59,664 nucleotides of DNA from Bacteroidota bacterium (GTDB lineage: Bacteria > Bacteroidota > Bacteroidia > Bacteroidales > VadinHA17), in assembly GCA_025350595.1 (NCBI GenBank), contig JANXXP010000160.1:1-59664 (forward strand). Reading direction: 5' to 3'. Positions within the stretch are counted from its first letter, which is position 1; each line of letters starts with the position of its first letter. Shown piece by piece: positions 45,573 to 54,716 of this stretch. The translations under genes were made by a program, and so were the position numbers. The notes under the pieces are model-generated. The model saw only the letters and a program-made list of their open reading frames with translations. It was not told where the DNA came from and ran no database searches.

Positions 45573-47027
45573 ATGAAAGGAAAGTATTTATTAGGTGCAT
45601 TTTTAATGTCTCTTTTAGGAGCATCTATTGCATTATTTGCCTACACGAGAATAATAGAAAAACCAGTACAGGTTGTTTCGAAGGATAGTTCAGTTGTTGA
45701 AAGTCAGGGTGCAAAGGCATTTCTGACATCTCTGCAGGTGCAGGATGGAGGACAGATAGATTTCACATACGCAGCGGAGCAGACAGTTCATGGTGTGGTA
45801 CATGTTCATACAAAAACTCTGATGAGCGGACAATCTGAGAATCCTATTATGGAATATTTTTATGGCAGAAGGAATTCGAGACCACAGGAAGTACAGGGCT
45901 ATGGATCAGGGGTAATTATGTCAGCAGATGGCTATATCATCACTAATAACCATGTTATTGAAGATGCTGAATCAATTGAGGTTACATTAAATGACAACAG
46001 GACTTTCACAGCGCAGGTTATTGGAAGGGATCCTGCAAGTGATATCGCACTCTTAAAAATCAAGGCAGAAAACCTTCCTTATATCAAATTTGGTGATTCT
46101 GAAACTTTGAGATTAGGTGAATGGGTACTGGCAGTAGGAAATCCCTTCAATCTTACTTCAACCGTTACAGCCGGGATCGTAAGTGCAAAAGGAAGAAGCC
46201 TGACATTACCGGATGGCACCTTCAGAATTGAGTCTTTTATCCAGACCGATGCAGCTCTGAATATGGGTAATAGCGGTGGAGCTCTTGTAAATACCAAAGG
46301 ATTACTGGTAGGAATTACCTCTATGATAATATCGCGAAGCGGAGATTATTCTGGCAACTCATTTGCGATTCCTGTGTCAATTGTTAAAAAGGTCGTAGAT
46401 GATCTTAAAGAGTTTGGCGAAGTTCAAAGTGCAAGATTAGGAGTTGAAATCAAAGATGTTGACTCAGAAGTGGCTAAGAAACAGAATCTTGATGAGGTAA
46501 AGGGAGTCCTGATTTCAAGAGTTATTGAAAAAGGTTCAGCTGAAGATGCTAATCTTAAGGAAAATGATGTCATTATAAAGTTCAATGGCGTAGGTGTAAA
46601 TACAGTTTCCGAATTGCAGGAGCAGGTAGGAAAACGTCGTCCTGGTGATAAGGCAACCTTAACTTATTTAAGAAACGGCAAGGAGAATACTGCCCAACTT
46701 GTTTTGAAGAATGCAGTCGGAACCACAAGTGTCGTTACAGCAGCAATCAGTGAAGATAAGGTAGTCTTTGGTGCCAGTTTGGTAGCTCTTACCAAGGAGG
46801 AAATGAGATCGTATAATGTTGATTACGGAGTGAAAATAGGTGAGTTGAATAATGGAAAATTTAAAGATCTGGGGATGAAACGTGGATATATTATTCTGAG
46901 TGTTAATGGGAAAAAAGTTAAAAGTCCCTCAGATGTAAAGCAATATTCAAATAATGAAAGCACCCTAAAGTCTGTTGCAGGAATACAATCTGACGGAGGA
47001 CTCTTTACTTTTTCATATGGCAATTAA
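45573..47027 (+). CDS. htrA: Do/HtrA family serine protease with two PDZ domains
   Basis: The 484-aa ORF has a triad context of NNHVIE, SDIALLKI and GNSGGALV, followed by PDZ-like repeats. Confidence 0.9.
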   Translation: MKGKYLLGAFLMSLLGASIALFAYTRIIEKPVQVVSKDSSVVESQGAKAFLTSLQVQDGGQIDFTYAAEQTVHGVVHVHTKTLMSGQSENPIMEYFYGRRNSRPQEVQGYGSGVIMSADGYIITNNHVIEDAESIEVTLNDNRTFTAQVIGRDPASDIALLKIKAENLPYIKFGDSETLRLGEWVLAVGNPFNLTSTVTAGIVSAKGRSLTLPDGTFRIESFIQTDAALNMGNSGGALVNTKGLLVGITSMIISRSGDYSGNSFAIPVSIVKKVVDDLKEFGEVQSARLGVEIKDVDSEVAKKQNLDEVKGVLISRVIEKGSAEDANLKENDVIIKFNGVGVNTVSELQEQVGKRRPGDKATLTYLRNGKENTAQLVLKNAVGTTSVVTAAISEDKVVFGASLVALTKEEMRSYNVDYGVKIGELNNGKFKDLGMKRGYIILSVNGKKVKSPSDVKQYSNNESTLKSVAGIQSDGGLFTFSYGN

Positions 47028-47045
47028 TGATTATTTATATTTAAG

Positions 47046-47094
47046 TTGTTGTTTATCAGAGGTTTTTAAATATATAGTCCTCTGAGAACAACAA
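47046..47094 (+). terminator. hairpin terminator after htrA
   Basis: The stems TTGTTGTTtaTCAGAGG (47046-62) and CCTCTGAgAACAACAA (47079-94) form ~15 bp with one bulge. T-rich sequence follows. Confidence 0.55.
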
Positions 47095-47129
47095 TAGTTA
47101 ATTATTTTTGTTATTACATAATAAAGCAA

Positions 47130-47137
47130 TATCTTTG
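47130..47137 (+). promoter_or_regulatory. candidate promoter: -7 box TATCTTTG with -33 TTTG at 47107-47110
   Basis: It matches TAnnTTTG with a 19-nt spacer to the upstream TTTG. It lies 22 nt before the rpoD ATG. Confidence 0.5.
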
Positions 47138-47159
47138 CGGAAATTTTTTGGGAGGCATA

Positions 47160-48020
47160 ATGAGACAACTAAAGATTACCAAATCCATAACCAACAGGGA
47201 GAGTGCATCACTCGACAAGTATTTACAGGAAATTGGTAAGGAGGAGTTGATATCGGTAGAGGAAGAAGTTGAACTGGCTCAGAGAATTAAGAAAGGCGAC
47301 AGAGCTGCTCTTGAAAAACTCACCAAAGCAAACCTGCGTTTTGTTGTATCTGTTGCAAAACAGTATCAGAACCAGGGACTTAGTCTTCCTGACCTAATCA
47401 ATGAAGGAAATCTGGGCCTGATCAAGGCTGCAGAAAAATTTGACGAAACGAGAGGTTTTAAGTTTATATCCTATGCTGTTTGGTGGATCAGACAGTCTAT
47501 TCTTCAGGCTCTTGCAGAACAATCAAGAATCGTTAGGTTACCTTTAAACCAGGTTGGTTCACTTAACAAGATCAACAAAGCTTTTTCGAAATTTGAACAG
47601 GAGAATGAACGTACTCCTTCACCTGAAGAACTTGCTGATGTTCTTGAACTGCCAAAGGAAAAGGTAGCCGATACCTTGAAAGTATCCGGTCGTCATGTAT
47701 CTGTTGATGCTCCATTTATTGAGGGTGAAGATAACAGTCTGCTTGATGTGCTTACAAACTCTGATTCCCCGGTTGCTGATAAACTGCTGATGGATGAATC
47801 TCTATCTAAAGAGATCTACAGGGCACTAGCAACACTTACTGAAAGAGAAAGGGACATAATAAGATTTTTCTTCGGAATTGGTTGCCAGGAGATGACTCTT
47901 GAAGAGATTGGCGAAAAATTTGGTCTCACCCGTGAAAGAGTTCGTCAGATCAAAGAAAAAGCCATCAGGAGATTAAGACATACTTCAAGGAGCAGATTAT
48001 TAAAAGGTTATTTAGGTTAG
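47160..48020 (+). CDS. rpoD: primary RNA polymerase sigma factor (Bacteroidota SigA/RpoD, short form)
   Basis: The start is at [11 protein letters not shown]. Supporting motifs are [22 protein letters not shown] and region 4.2 [23 protein letters not shown]. Confidence 0.93.
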   Translation: MRQLKITKSITNRESASLDKYLQEIGKEELISVEEEVELAQRIKKGDRAALEKLTKANLRFVVSVAKQYQNQGLSLPDLINEGNLGLIKAAEKFDETRGFKFISYAVWWIRQSILQALAEQSRIVRLPLNQVGSLNKINKAFSKFEQENERTPSPEELADVLELPKEKVADTLKVSGRHVSVDAPFIEGEDNSLLDVLTNSDSPVADKLLMDESLSKEIYRALATLTERERDIIRFFFGIGCQEMTLEEIGEKFGLTRERVRQIKEKAIRRLRHTSRSRLLKGYLG

Positions 48021-48043
48021 ACAAAACATTATATAAATTTAAG

Positions 48044-48067
48044 AGGCGCTACTGAGGCGCCTTTTTT
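48044..48067 (+). terminator. rho-independent terminator of rpoD
   Basis: AGGCGC (48044-49), loop tactgag, GCGCCT (48057-62), then a T-run to 48067. Confidence 0.8.
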
Positions 48068-48075
48068 ATTTGGAT

Positions 48076-48105
48076 TGTAGTGTCATGCCATGGCATGACA
48101 CTACA
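48076..48105. repeat. perfect 30-nt palindrome TGTAGTGTCATGCCATGGCATGACACTACA followed by GTTTTTTT
   Basis: I verified by hand that the halves are exact reverse complements. It sits between the rpoD terminator and the uvrB -7 box. Confidence 0.9.
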
Positions 48106-48115
48106 GTTTTTTTAT

Positions 48116-48123
48116 TAATTTTG
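48116..48123 (+). promoter_or_regulatory. candidate -7 box TAATTTTG for uvrB
   Basis: It matches TAnnTTTG and lies 22 nt before the ATG at 48146. Confidence 0.45.
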
Positions 48124-48145
48124 TCACCTCCGTCACAAAATACCT

Positions 48146-50164
48146 ATGGACTTTAAATTAATTTCCGAATTTCAACCCACCGGCGATCAGCCTGAAGCAA
48201 TAAAACAACTCGTTGAAGGTCTCGACAACGGGGTGCCATTTCAGACTCTTCTTGGAGTAACTGGCTCAGGTAAAACCTTTACAATTGCCAACGTCATTGA
48301 AAAAGTCAATCGTCCGGTTCTGGTTCTGAGTCATAATAAAACTCTCGCTGCGCAGCTTTACGGGGAATTCAAACAGTTCTTTCCTGAAAACAAAGTGGAG
48401 TATTTTGTTTCATATTACGATTATTATCAGCCTGAAGCATACCTGCCTTCTTCTGATACCTACATAGAAAAAGACCTTTCCATTAATGAAGAGATAGAAA
48501 AACTGAGACTCAGCGCTACTTCATCACTTTTGTCAGGACGCCGCGATGTCATTGTTGTATCATCAGTGTCATGTATATATGGTATTGGTAACCCCGATGA
48601 TTTCCATTCTAACACCATTCATATTAAGAAAGATCAGACTATAGGTAGAAATATTTTTCTGCGCAAGCTTGTCGATAGTCTTTATTCCCGCAACGAAGTT
48701 GAATTCAAGCATGGAACATTCAGGGTTCGCGGAGATACAGTGGATATTTTTCCTGCTTATGCCGACATAGCCGTGAGAATTGTATTCTTTGGGGACCAGA
48801 TTGAGGAGATAAACACTTTTGATCCGGTAAATGGTAGCAAAATTGACATTCTGAATGATTATATCGTTTATCCTGCAAATATATTTGTTACAACCAGAGA
48901 GCGAATAAATCTGGCTGTAAGTGATATCCAGGACGATATGGTCCGTCAGGTGACTCATTTTAATGATATTGGAAAAAGGGAAGAGGCTAAAAGACTTGAA
49001 CAGAGAGTATTATATGACCTCGAAATGATCAAGGAACTTGGCTATTGCAGTGGCATTGAAAACTATTCCCGTTACTTTGACGGCAGAAAGTCAGGTACCA
49101 GACCTTTCTGTTTACTCGACTATTTTCCTGATAACTTCATCACAGTAATCGATGAAAGTCACGTCAGCCTTCCTCAGGTCAGAGCCATGTACGGAGGTGA
49201 TCATTCCAGGAAACAAACTCTTGTTGAGTATGGATTCAGACTGCCTTCTGCACTCGATAACAGACCAATGAGGATTGAAGAATTTGAATCACTTACTGGT
49301 CAGACAATCTTTGTAAGTGCCACACCTTCCGAATATGAACTTGAAAAAAGTGAAGGAGTATATGTCGACCAGGTAATAAGACCGACCGGCCTTCTTGATC
49401 CTCCAATTGAGATACGTCCAAGTCTTAATCAGATTGATGATCTGATGGAGGAGATCAGGACCCGTACAATAGGAGGGGAGAGAACCCTTGTAACTACCAT
49501 TACCAAGAGAATGGCTGAGGAACTCTCATCTTATTTGATAAAGTATGGTATCAAATGCAGTTATATTCATTCAGATATAGATACTCTCGACAGGATCGAT
49601 ATTATGGAAGAACTTCGAACCGGTTCAATTGATGTACTAGTGGGTGTAAACCTTTTAAGAGAAGGACTTGATCTTCCGGAAGTATCCCTGGTAGCTATCC
49701 TTGATGCTGATAAGGAGGGATTTCTGAGATCATCACGCTCTCTCACCCAGACAGCAGGAAGAGCGGCACGTAACCTTAACGGCAAAGTAATAATGTATGC
49801 GGATAAGGTTACCCGCAGTATGCAGCAAACAATAGATGAGACTAACCGCCGCAGAGAGAAGCAGTTGAAATATAATGAGGAGAATGATATTACTCCGACT
49901 CAGATTTCGAAAAAATTAGGATCGTTACTTAGCGGGTTAAGCAAAAAGGGACAGGCTGCAAAGGCATATATAGAACCGGGAAGACCCGATATAGCTGCTG
50001 ATCCGGTAGTGAAATACATGAATCGTGAAGCTCTGGAAAAGGCAATAGATAAGACACGTAAAAGTATGGAGAAAGCTGCGGCAGAACTAGATTTTGTTGA
50101 AGCGGCCAGATTCAGAGATGAGATGTCTGATCTTCAAAAACTGCTAAGGAGCAAATCATTATAG
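48146..50164 (+). CDS. uvrB: excinuclease ABC subunit B
   Basis: The 672-aa ORF has GVTGSGKTFT, YYDYYQPEAY, helicase motifs and the C-terminal UVR domain (FVEAARFRDEM). Confidence 0.97.
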   Translation: MDFKLISEFQPTGDQPEAIKQLVEGLDNGVPFQTLLGVTGSGKTFTIANVIEKVNRPVLVLSHNKTLAAQLYGEFKQFFPENKVEYFVSYYDYYQPEAYLPSSDTYIEKDLSINEEIEKLRLSATSSLLSGRRDVIVVSSVSCIYGIGNPDDFHSNTIHIKKDQTIGRNIFLRKLVDSLYSRNEVEFKHGTFRVRGDTVDIFPAYADIAVRIVFFGDQIEEINTFDPVNGSKIDILNDYIVYPANIFVTTRERINLAVSDIQDDMVRQVTHFNDIGKREEAKRLEQRVLYDLEMIKELGYCSGIENYSRYFDGRKSGTRPFCLLDYFPDNFITVIDESHVSLPQVRAMYGGDHSRKQTLVEYGFRLPSALDNRPMRIEEFESLTGQTIFVSATPSEYELEKSEGVYVDQVIRPTGLLDPPIEIRPSLNQIDDLMEEIRTRTIGGERTLVTTITKRMAEELSSYLIKYGIKCSYIHSDIDTLDRIDIMEELRTGSIDVLVGVNLLREGLDLPEVSLVAILDADKEGFLRSSRSLTQTAGRAARNLNGKVIMYADKVTRSMQQTIDETNRRREKQLKYNEENDITPTQISKKLGSLLSGLSKKGQAAKAYIEPGRPDIAADPVVKYMNREALEKAIDKTRKSMEKAAAELDFVEAARFRDEMSDLQKLLRSKSL

Positions 50165-50190
50165 TGGTATCTTTGAGTTTCTTTGTGGCT

Positions 50191-51303
50191 TTAAATCAGT
50201 CCAAAAACATAATTTGCAATCGCAATCGATGATGTCAATGCCGGCGATTCCATTCCTATGAGATTTATGAACCCGGGAAATCCACGTTTGCTTTCTTCCA
50301 TTATATAGTAGTCACGCAGCGGTTCTCCCGGCTTTTGGATCTTTGGACGAATACCGGCCATCTCCGGTGCAATATCATCGAACTCAAGAAAAGGCAGGAA
50401 CTTTTTAGCCGACTTATAGAAGGCTTCCTGTTTTGATGGAGTTAGCTTATAGTCATAAACATTTGACTCAAGATACTTTACATCTGGACCAAGTTTCACT
50501 CCTCCACTCATATCGATAGTCACATGAATCCCGATCCCTTCCATATTTACATGCGGAACAGGGTAGATAAGTCTTTTGATGAGCCTGTTTTTAGGCGGAT
50601 TAATTCTGAAGTATTCTCCTTTACAAAAGAGTATTTTTAAATTATCATCCTTAATTCCGATCATCTCAGCTATTTTGTCAGACGTAAGACCAGTAGAATT
50701 TATTACAATACCGGAAGTAAAACTATAATACTTTCTATCAGCGTCTAAAAGCATGATCTCGTATCCTTCTTTAGTGTGTTTAATCCCGGTAACCTCACTT
50801 CCATATACAATCTGACAACCGTTATTAATCGAATTTGTTTCATATTGCTTCATCAGAGAATGAGAATTAATTATGCCTGTTGATGGAGAAAACAGAGCTT
50901 CTAGAGCAAAAATGTTTGGTTCCATTTCAGCAATCTGATCTCTGTTGAGTACCCGCATATCATCGACTCCGTTATTTATCGCTGTCTGTCTTATTCCTTC
51001 AATAACGGAAATCTCTTCTTCAGAAGTTGCTACTATAAGTTTTCCGCAATTATTAAATGGTACGTCATACTTTTTGCAATAGTCATAAAGGAGTCTCTTA
51101 CCTTCAATACAGAGCTTAGCTTTAAGACTGTTTTTTGTATAATAGATTCCGGCATGAATAACTTCGCTGTTACGGCTGCTTGTCTCCTGACCGAAAGTGG
51201 AGTGTTTTTCTATAACAAAAACATTTTTATATTTCTCTGAGATCTTTTCAGCAATTGCAAGCCCTACTACTCCTGCCCCGATTATTGTGATTTCTGCATC
51301 CAT
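50191..51303 (-). CDS. FAD-dependent oxidoreductase (L-2-hydroxyglutarate oxidase-like)
   Basis: The 370-aa ORF has IIGAGVVGLAIA followed by SSRNSEVIHAGIYY. Confidence 0.7.
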   Translation of the reverse strand: MDAEITIIGAGVVGLAIAEKISEKYKNVFVIEKHSTFGQETSSRNSEVIHAGIYYTKNSLKAKLCIEGKRLLYDYCKKYDVPFNNCGKLIVATSEEEISVIEGIRQTAINNGVDDMRVLNRDQIAEMEPNIFALEALFSPSTGIINSHSLMKQYETNSINNGCQIVYGSEVTGIKHTKEGYEIMLLDADRKYYSFTSGIVINSTGLTSDKIAEMIGIKDDNLKILFCKGEYFRINPPKNRLIKRLIYPVPHVNMEGIGIHVTIDMSGGVKLGPDVKYLESNVYDYKLTPSKQEAFYKSAKKFLPFLEFDDIAPEMAGIRPKIQKPGEPLRDYYIMEESKRGFPGFINLIGMESPALTSSIAIANYVFGLI

Positions 51304-51419
51304 AATATTAGTTATTCTGAAAGTGAAGTTTATTGTACCTCTCAGTTTTTCAAAAATAATTTAAAAACCAGTCCTTCTATGACCATATCAATATTATATT
51401 TACATAAAGCAGTTAATTT

Positions 51420-51550
51420 GAAATCCATTAACAACAAAGGTCGCAAAGTTCAGATAAATATTGGATTACACAAAAACACGAAGAGTAAAGCTAAGGATTT
51501 TACTTTGAGCGCTATGCGCCTACTCTAAGAGCTTTGCGGTAAATAGATTT
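51420..51550. repeat. most complete copy of the MITE-like repeat (terminal inverted repeats GAAATCCATTAAC... / ...GTAAATAGATTT)
   Basis: The left end gaaatccattaacaacaaaggtcgcaaag resembles the reverse complement of 21410-21428. The right end is ctaagagctttgcggtaaatagattt. The interior gattttactttg (51496-51507) is identical to 40898-40909. Confidence 0.55.
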
Positions 51551-51640
51551 TTAGGACAAACTCTTTAGTTCAGATACCAGTAAGGAACAAATTTTTATGT
51601 TTTGAAACATTTTAAAGTCAGTAAAATAAAAATATTAAAT

Positions 51641-53761
51641 ATGAGGATGAAATTTGATTCTATTTTATTTATTGTATTTATCATATTAACAACGAGTTGT
51701 ATTGATAATTCTAAAATCGACAGATATTCTCTGGTAACACGACATAATATTCAAAACTCAGTAATCGACAGCCTGAATTCATTGTCAGTCGGCAATGGTG
51801 AATTCGCGTTTACAGTTGATATTACAGGGTTGCAGACCTTTCCTGAATTCTATTCAAAAGGAATTCCACTTGGCACTATGTCAGACTGGGGCTGGCATTC
51901 AACTGGAAATCCTGAAAATTATCAATTATCAGATGTATATAAGACTTACGATGTGCATGGCAGGGATGTTGAATATGTAAATCAGTTCAAAGTATCAGAG
52001 GATGTAAGGAAAGCTGCAGCAACAGAATGGCTGAGAAGCAATCCACATCGCCAGAACCTTGGAACTATTGGACTGCAGGTTCAGAAAGGAGATGGCACTG
52101 AGATTTCTATTTCCGATATAACTAAACCAGTTCAAAAACTCAACCTATGGACTGGAGAAATAGACAGTCGGTTTGAAATAAATGGAGAGCCTGTTCATGT
52201 TAAAACAGTTTGTCATCCAAATTATGATATGATTTCGGTGAAGATAGTATCAGGTCTGATTGGGAAGGGGCTTCTTAAAGTAAAATTGAATTTTCCTTCA
52301 GGTAGTGCTCTTTGGAATGGTTATGATAGTAATATTTCTGAAAACAGTCAGACAAAAATTCTGTCTGATACTAATAATATTACTCTGTTTTTAAGGAGTC
52401 AGGACAATGACAGATATAATGTTCTTGTCTGGAGGAACAGCGCAAAGATCAAAGAGGTTTCAAAAGATAAGTACCTTATTGAACCTCAACGGTCGGATTC
52501 AGTTTATTCGTTCTCATGCCAGTTCGCTCCAAATCCGGAAACAGGAAGAATTCAAACGTTTAACGAAACTGAAGTTGCAAGCAGAAAGAGCTGGGAAAAA
52601 TTCTGGACAACTGGTGGTGCTGTTGATTTCTCAAAATGTACTGATCCAAGAGCGAATGAACTTGAGAGGAGGGTTATTTTATCAGAATATCTCACAAAAA
52701 TTCAGTGTAGTGGATCGTTTCCTCCGGCAGAGACAGGACTCACCTACAATAGTTGGTTCGGAAAGTTCCACCTTGAGATGCATTGGTGGCACGCAGTCCA
52801 TTTTGCATTATGGCAGAGAACTGATGTCCTGGAAAAACAGATGAACTATTACTTCAATATTTTTGACAATGCTAAAAAAACTGCAGAACATCAGGGATAT
52901 GCAGGTGTGAGATGGCCGAAGATGGTTGGTCCGGATGGCAGGGAGAGTCCAAGTAATGTAGGGACATACCTGATTTGGCAGCAACCACATGTTATCTTTT
53001 TTGCTGAACTACTATATAAAAATTCTCTGAACAAGGAAGAAATTTTAAAAAGGTATAAAGATCTTGTTTTTGCAACGGCTGATTTCATGTCATCTTACGC
53101 TTGGTATGACAGTACTGGAAACAGATACACACTTGGACCAGTTTTAATTCCGGCACAAGAGAGTCTGAAACTCCAGACAACCATAAATCCTCCCTTTGAG
53201 CTTGTTTACTGGTATTGGGGATTAAAGACAGCGCAGGAGTGGAAGAAACGTTTGAAACTTGAACCTGTCCCTAAATGGAAAGATATTACAGAAAAGATCT
53301 CGGAACTCCCTGTACAGAATGGATTGTATCTTTGTTCTGAAGACACAAAAGACTCATACCGAAACCAACGATATATGAGTGATCATCCAATTGTTTCAGG
53401 CATTTCAGGAGTTATGCCAAAAACCAGATTGGTTGATCCTGTTATACTTGGGAATTCACTTGACACAATATTGAAAAATTGGAACTGGAAAACTACCTGG
53501 GGATGGGATTTTCCAATGCTTGCGATGTCCGCTGCATCTATTGGCAGAGCAGAACAGTCGATGGATTTCCTATTGATGGATGCGCCAAAGAACAGATATT
53601 TACTTAATGGTCATAATTATCAGGATGCAAGACTTACAATTTATTTGCCGGGGAATGGCGGTTTACTGACAGCTATTGCTAAAATGTGTGTTGCTGATCA
53701 GTTTCCGCATAATGGCAAATGGAAAGTGAAATGGGAAAATCTGAATTCTTATGTAGAATAA
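51641..53761 (+). CDS. secreted lipoprotein, probably a glycoside-hydrolase-like enzyme of unassigned family
   Basis: The start is at MRMKFDSILFIVFIILTTSC (lipobox). The protein is ~706 aa, Trp-rich and of the size and composition seen in (alpha/alpha)6-type glycosidases. I recognise no diagnostic motif. Confidence 0.4.
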   Translation: MRMKFDSILFIVFIILTTSCIDNSKIDRYSLVTRHNIQNSVIDSLNSLSVGNGEFAFTVDITGLQTFPEFYSKGIPLGTMSDWGWHSTGNPENYQLSDVYKTYDVHGRDVEYVNQFKVSEDVRKAAATEWLRSNPHRQNLGTIGLQVQKGDGTEISISDITKPVQKLNLWTGEIDSRFEINGEPVHVKTVCHPNYDMISVKIVSGLIGKGLLKVKLNFPSGSALWNGYDSNISENSQTKILSDTNNITLFLRSQDNDRYNVLVWRNSAKIKEVSKDKYLIEPQRSDSVYSFSCQFAPNPETGRIQTFNETEVASRKSWEKFWTTGGAVDFSKCTDPRANELERRVILSEYLTKIQCSGSFPPAETGLTYNSWFGKFHLEMHWWHAVHFALWQRTDVLEKQMNYYFNIFDNAKKTAEHQGYAGVRWPKMVGPDGRESPSNVGTYLIWQQPHVIFFAELLYKNSLNKEEILKRYKDLVFATADFMSSYAWYDSTGNRYTLGPVLIPAQESLKLQTTINPPFELVYWYWGLKTAQEWKKRLKLEPVPKWKDITEKISELPVQNGLYLCSEDTKDSYRNQRYMSDHPIVSGISGVMPKTRLVDPVILGNSLDTILKNWNWKTTWGWDFPMLAMSAASIGRAEQSMDFLLMDAPKNRYLLNGHNYQDARLTIYLPGNGGLLTAIAKMCVADQFPHNGKWKVKWENLNSYVE

Positions 53762-53896
53762 TAAGTTATATTGTAACTTTACTAAAATAGAATTTAGGAT
53801 GAAGTGATTTCTCAAATGTGGTCGAATACGATGAATAGGTGTTAAAGTGGGTGTAAGATGTATAAGTTTATAAATTTAAATTCAAATTAGTTTTAT

Positions 53897-54577
53897 ATGA
53901 CATACTTAAATTATTTAATAAGGTTTGGCAAAACTATGATAATAGTTCTTGTTTTAACGATTCCATTACCAGTTAGTTCTCAAACTACTCCTGAAGGAAA
54001 CGCTCCACAGTTTCTATATCCTGATTTTACATCCGGAACTGTTAAAATGAAAAACGGAAAAAGCCAGACTGCTGATTTAAACTATAATACAGTATCTGAA
54101 AAAGTTGTCTACCAAAAAGATGGGAAAATCTATGATCTGATAAATTCTGAAATGGTTGATACCGTATTTATGCAGGGCACTAAGTTTGTTCCAGCAGGAA
54201 AAATTTTTCATGAAATACTGTTAGTTGCACCTATTTCGTTGTTTGTCCAGCATAAAGGAGATCTTGTTCCTCCCGGAACTCAGGCCGGTTATGGTGGTAC
54301 ATCCCAGGTATCAAATACCAAAATGATGACATCAGTTCAACTTTCTGGTGGTTACTATAATCTTAAACTGCCGGATGATTATCAGGTAAAGGTTGATCTT
54401 GTCTTTTGGATAAGGAAAGATGATACAATGAATAGTTTTTTGAACGAAAGGCAATTCGTAAAAAATTTTCCGGGAAAGGAAACAGAGCTCAAAAAGTTTA
54501 TTAAAGAGAAGCATATTAAGTTTGATAAACCGTCTAATATGGTGCTATTGGTCCAATATTGCAATGAGATGAAATAA
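53897..54577 (+). CDS. secreted hypothetical protein
   Basis: The ORF is 226 aa. An alternative start at 53936 gives MIIVLVLTIPLPVSSQ, a signal peptide. I recognise no family. Confidence 0.45.
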   Translation: MTYLNYLIRFGKTMIIVLVLTIPLPVSSQTTPEGNAPQFLYPDFTSGTVKMKNGKSQTADLNYNTVSEKVVYQKDGKIYDLINSEMVDTVFMQGTKFVPAGKIFHEILLVAPISLFVQHKGDLVPPGTQAGYGGTSQVSNTKMMTSVQLSGGYYNLKLPDDYQVKVDLVFWIRKDDTMNSFLNERQFVKNFPGKETELKKFIKEKHIKFDKPSNMVLLVQYCNEMK

Positions 54578-54716
54578 TTTATTTCTAAATGCAGGTTAGG
54601 ATAGCTGGAACAGATAAATCTCAGATTTTTTTTTAAAAGAGATAATTATGTCAGGAAAATTATTATTTTTATAGTATCGGATATTGGTATTAATGATCTA
54701 AGTAATATAATTGAGT

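Noticed and set aside
50165-50190. The 26-nt uvrB/oxidoreductase convergent gap with ctttgag/ctttgtgg words, considered as another repeat-family copy.
   Set aside because: It is too short to align meaningfully and has no hairpin. I mention it only as a possible word relative.
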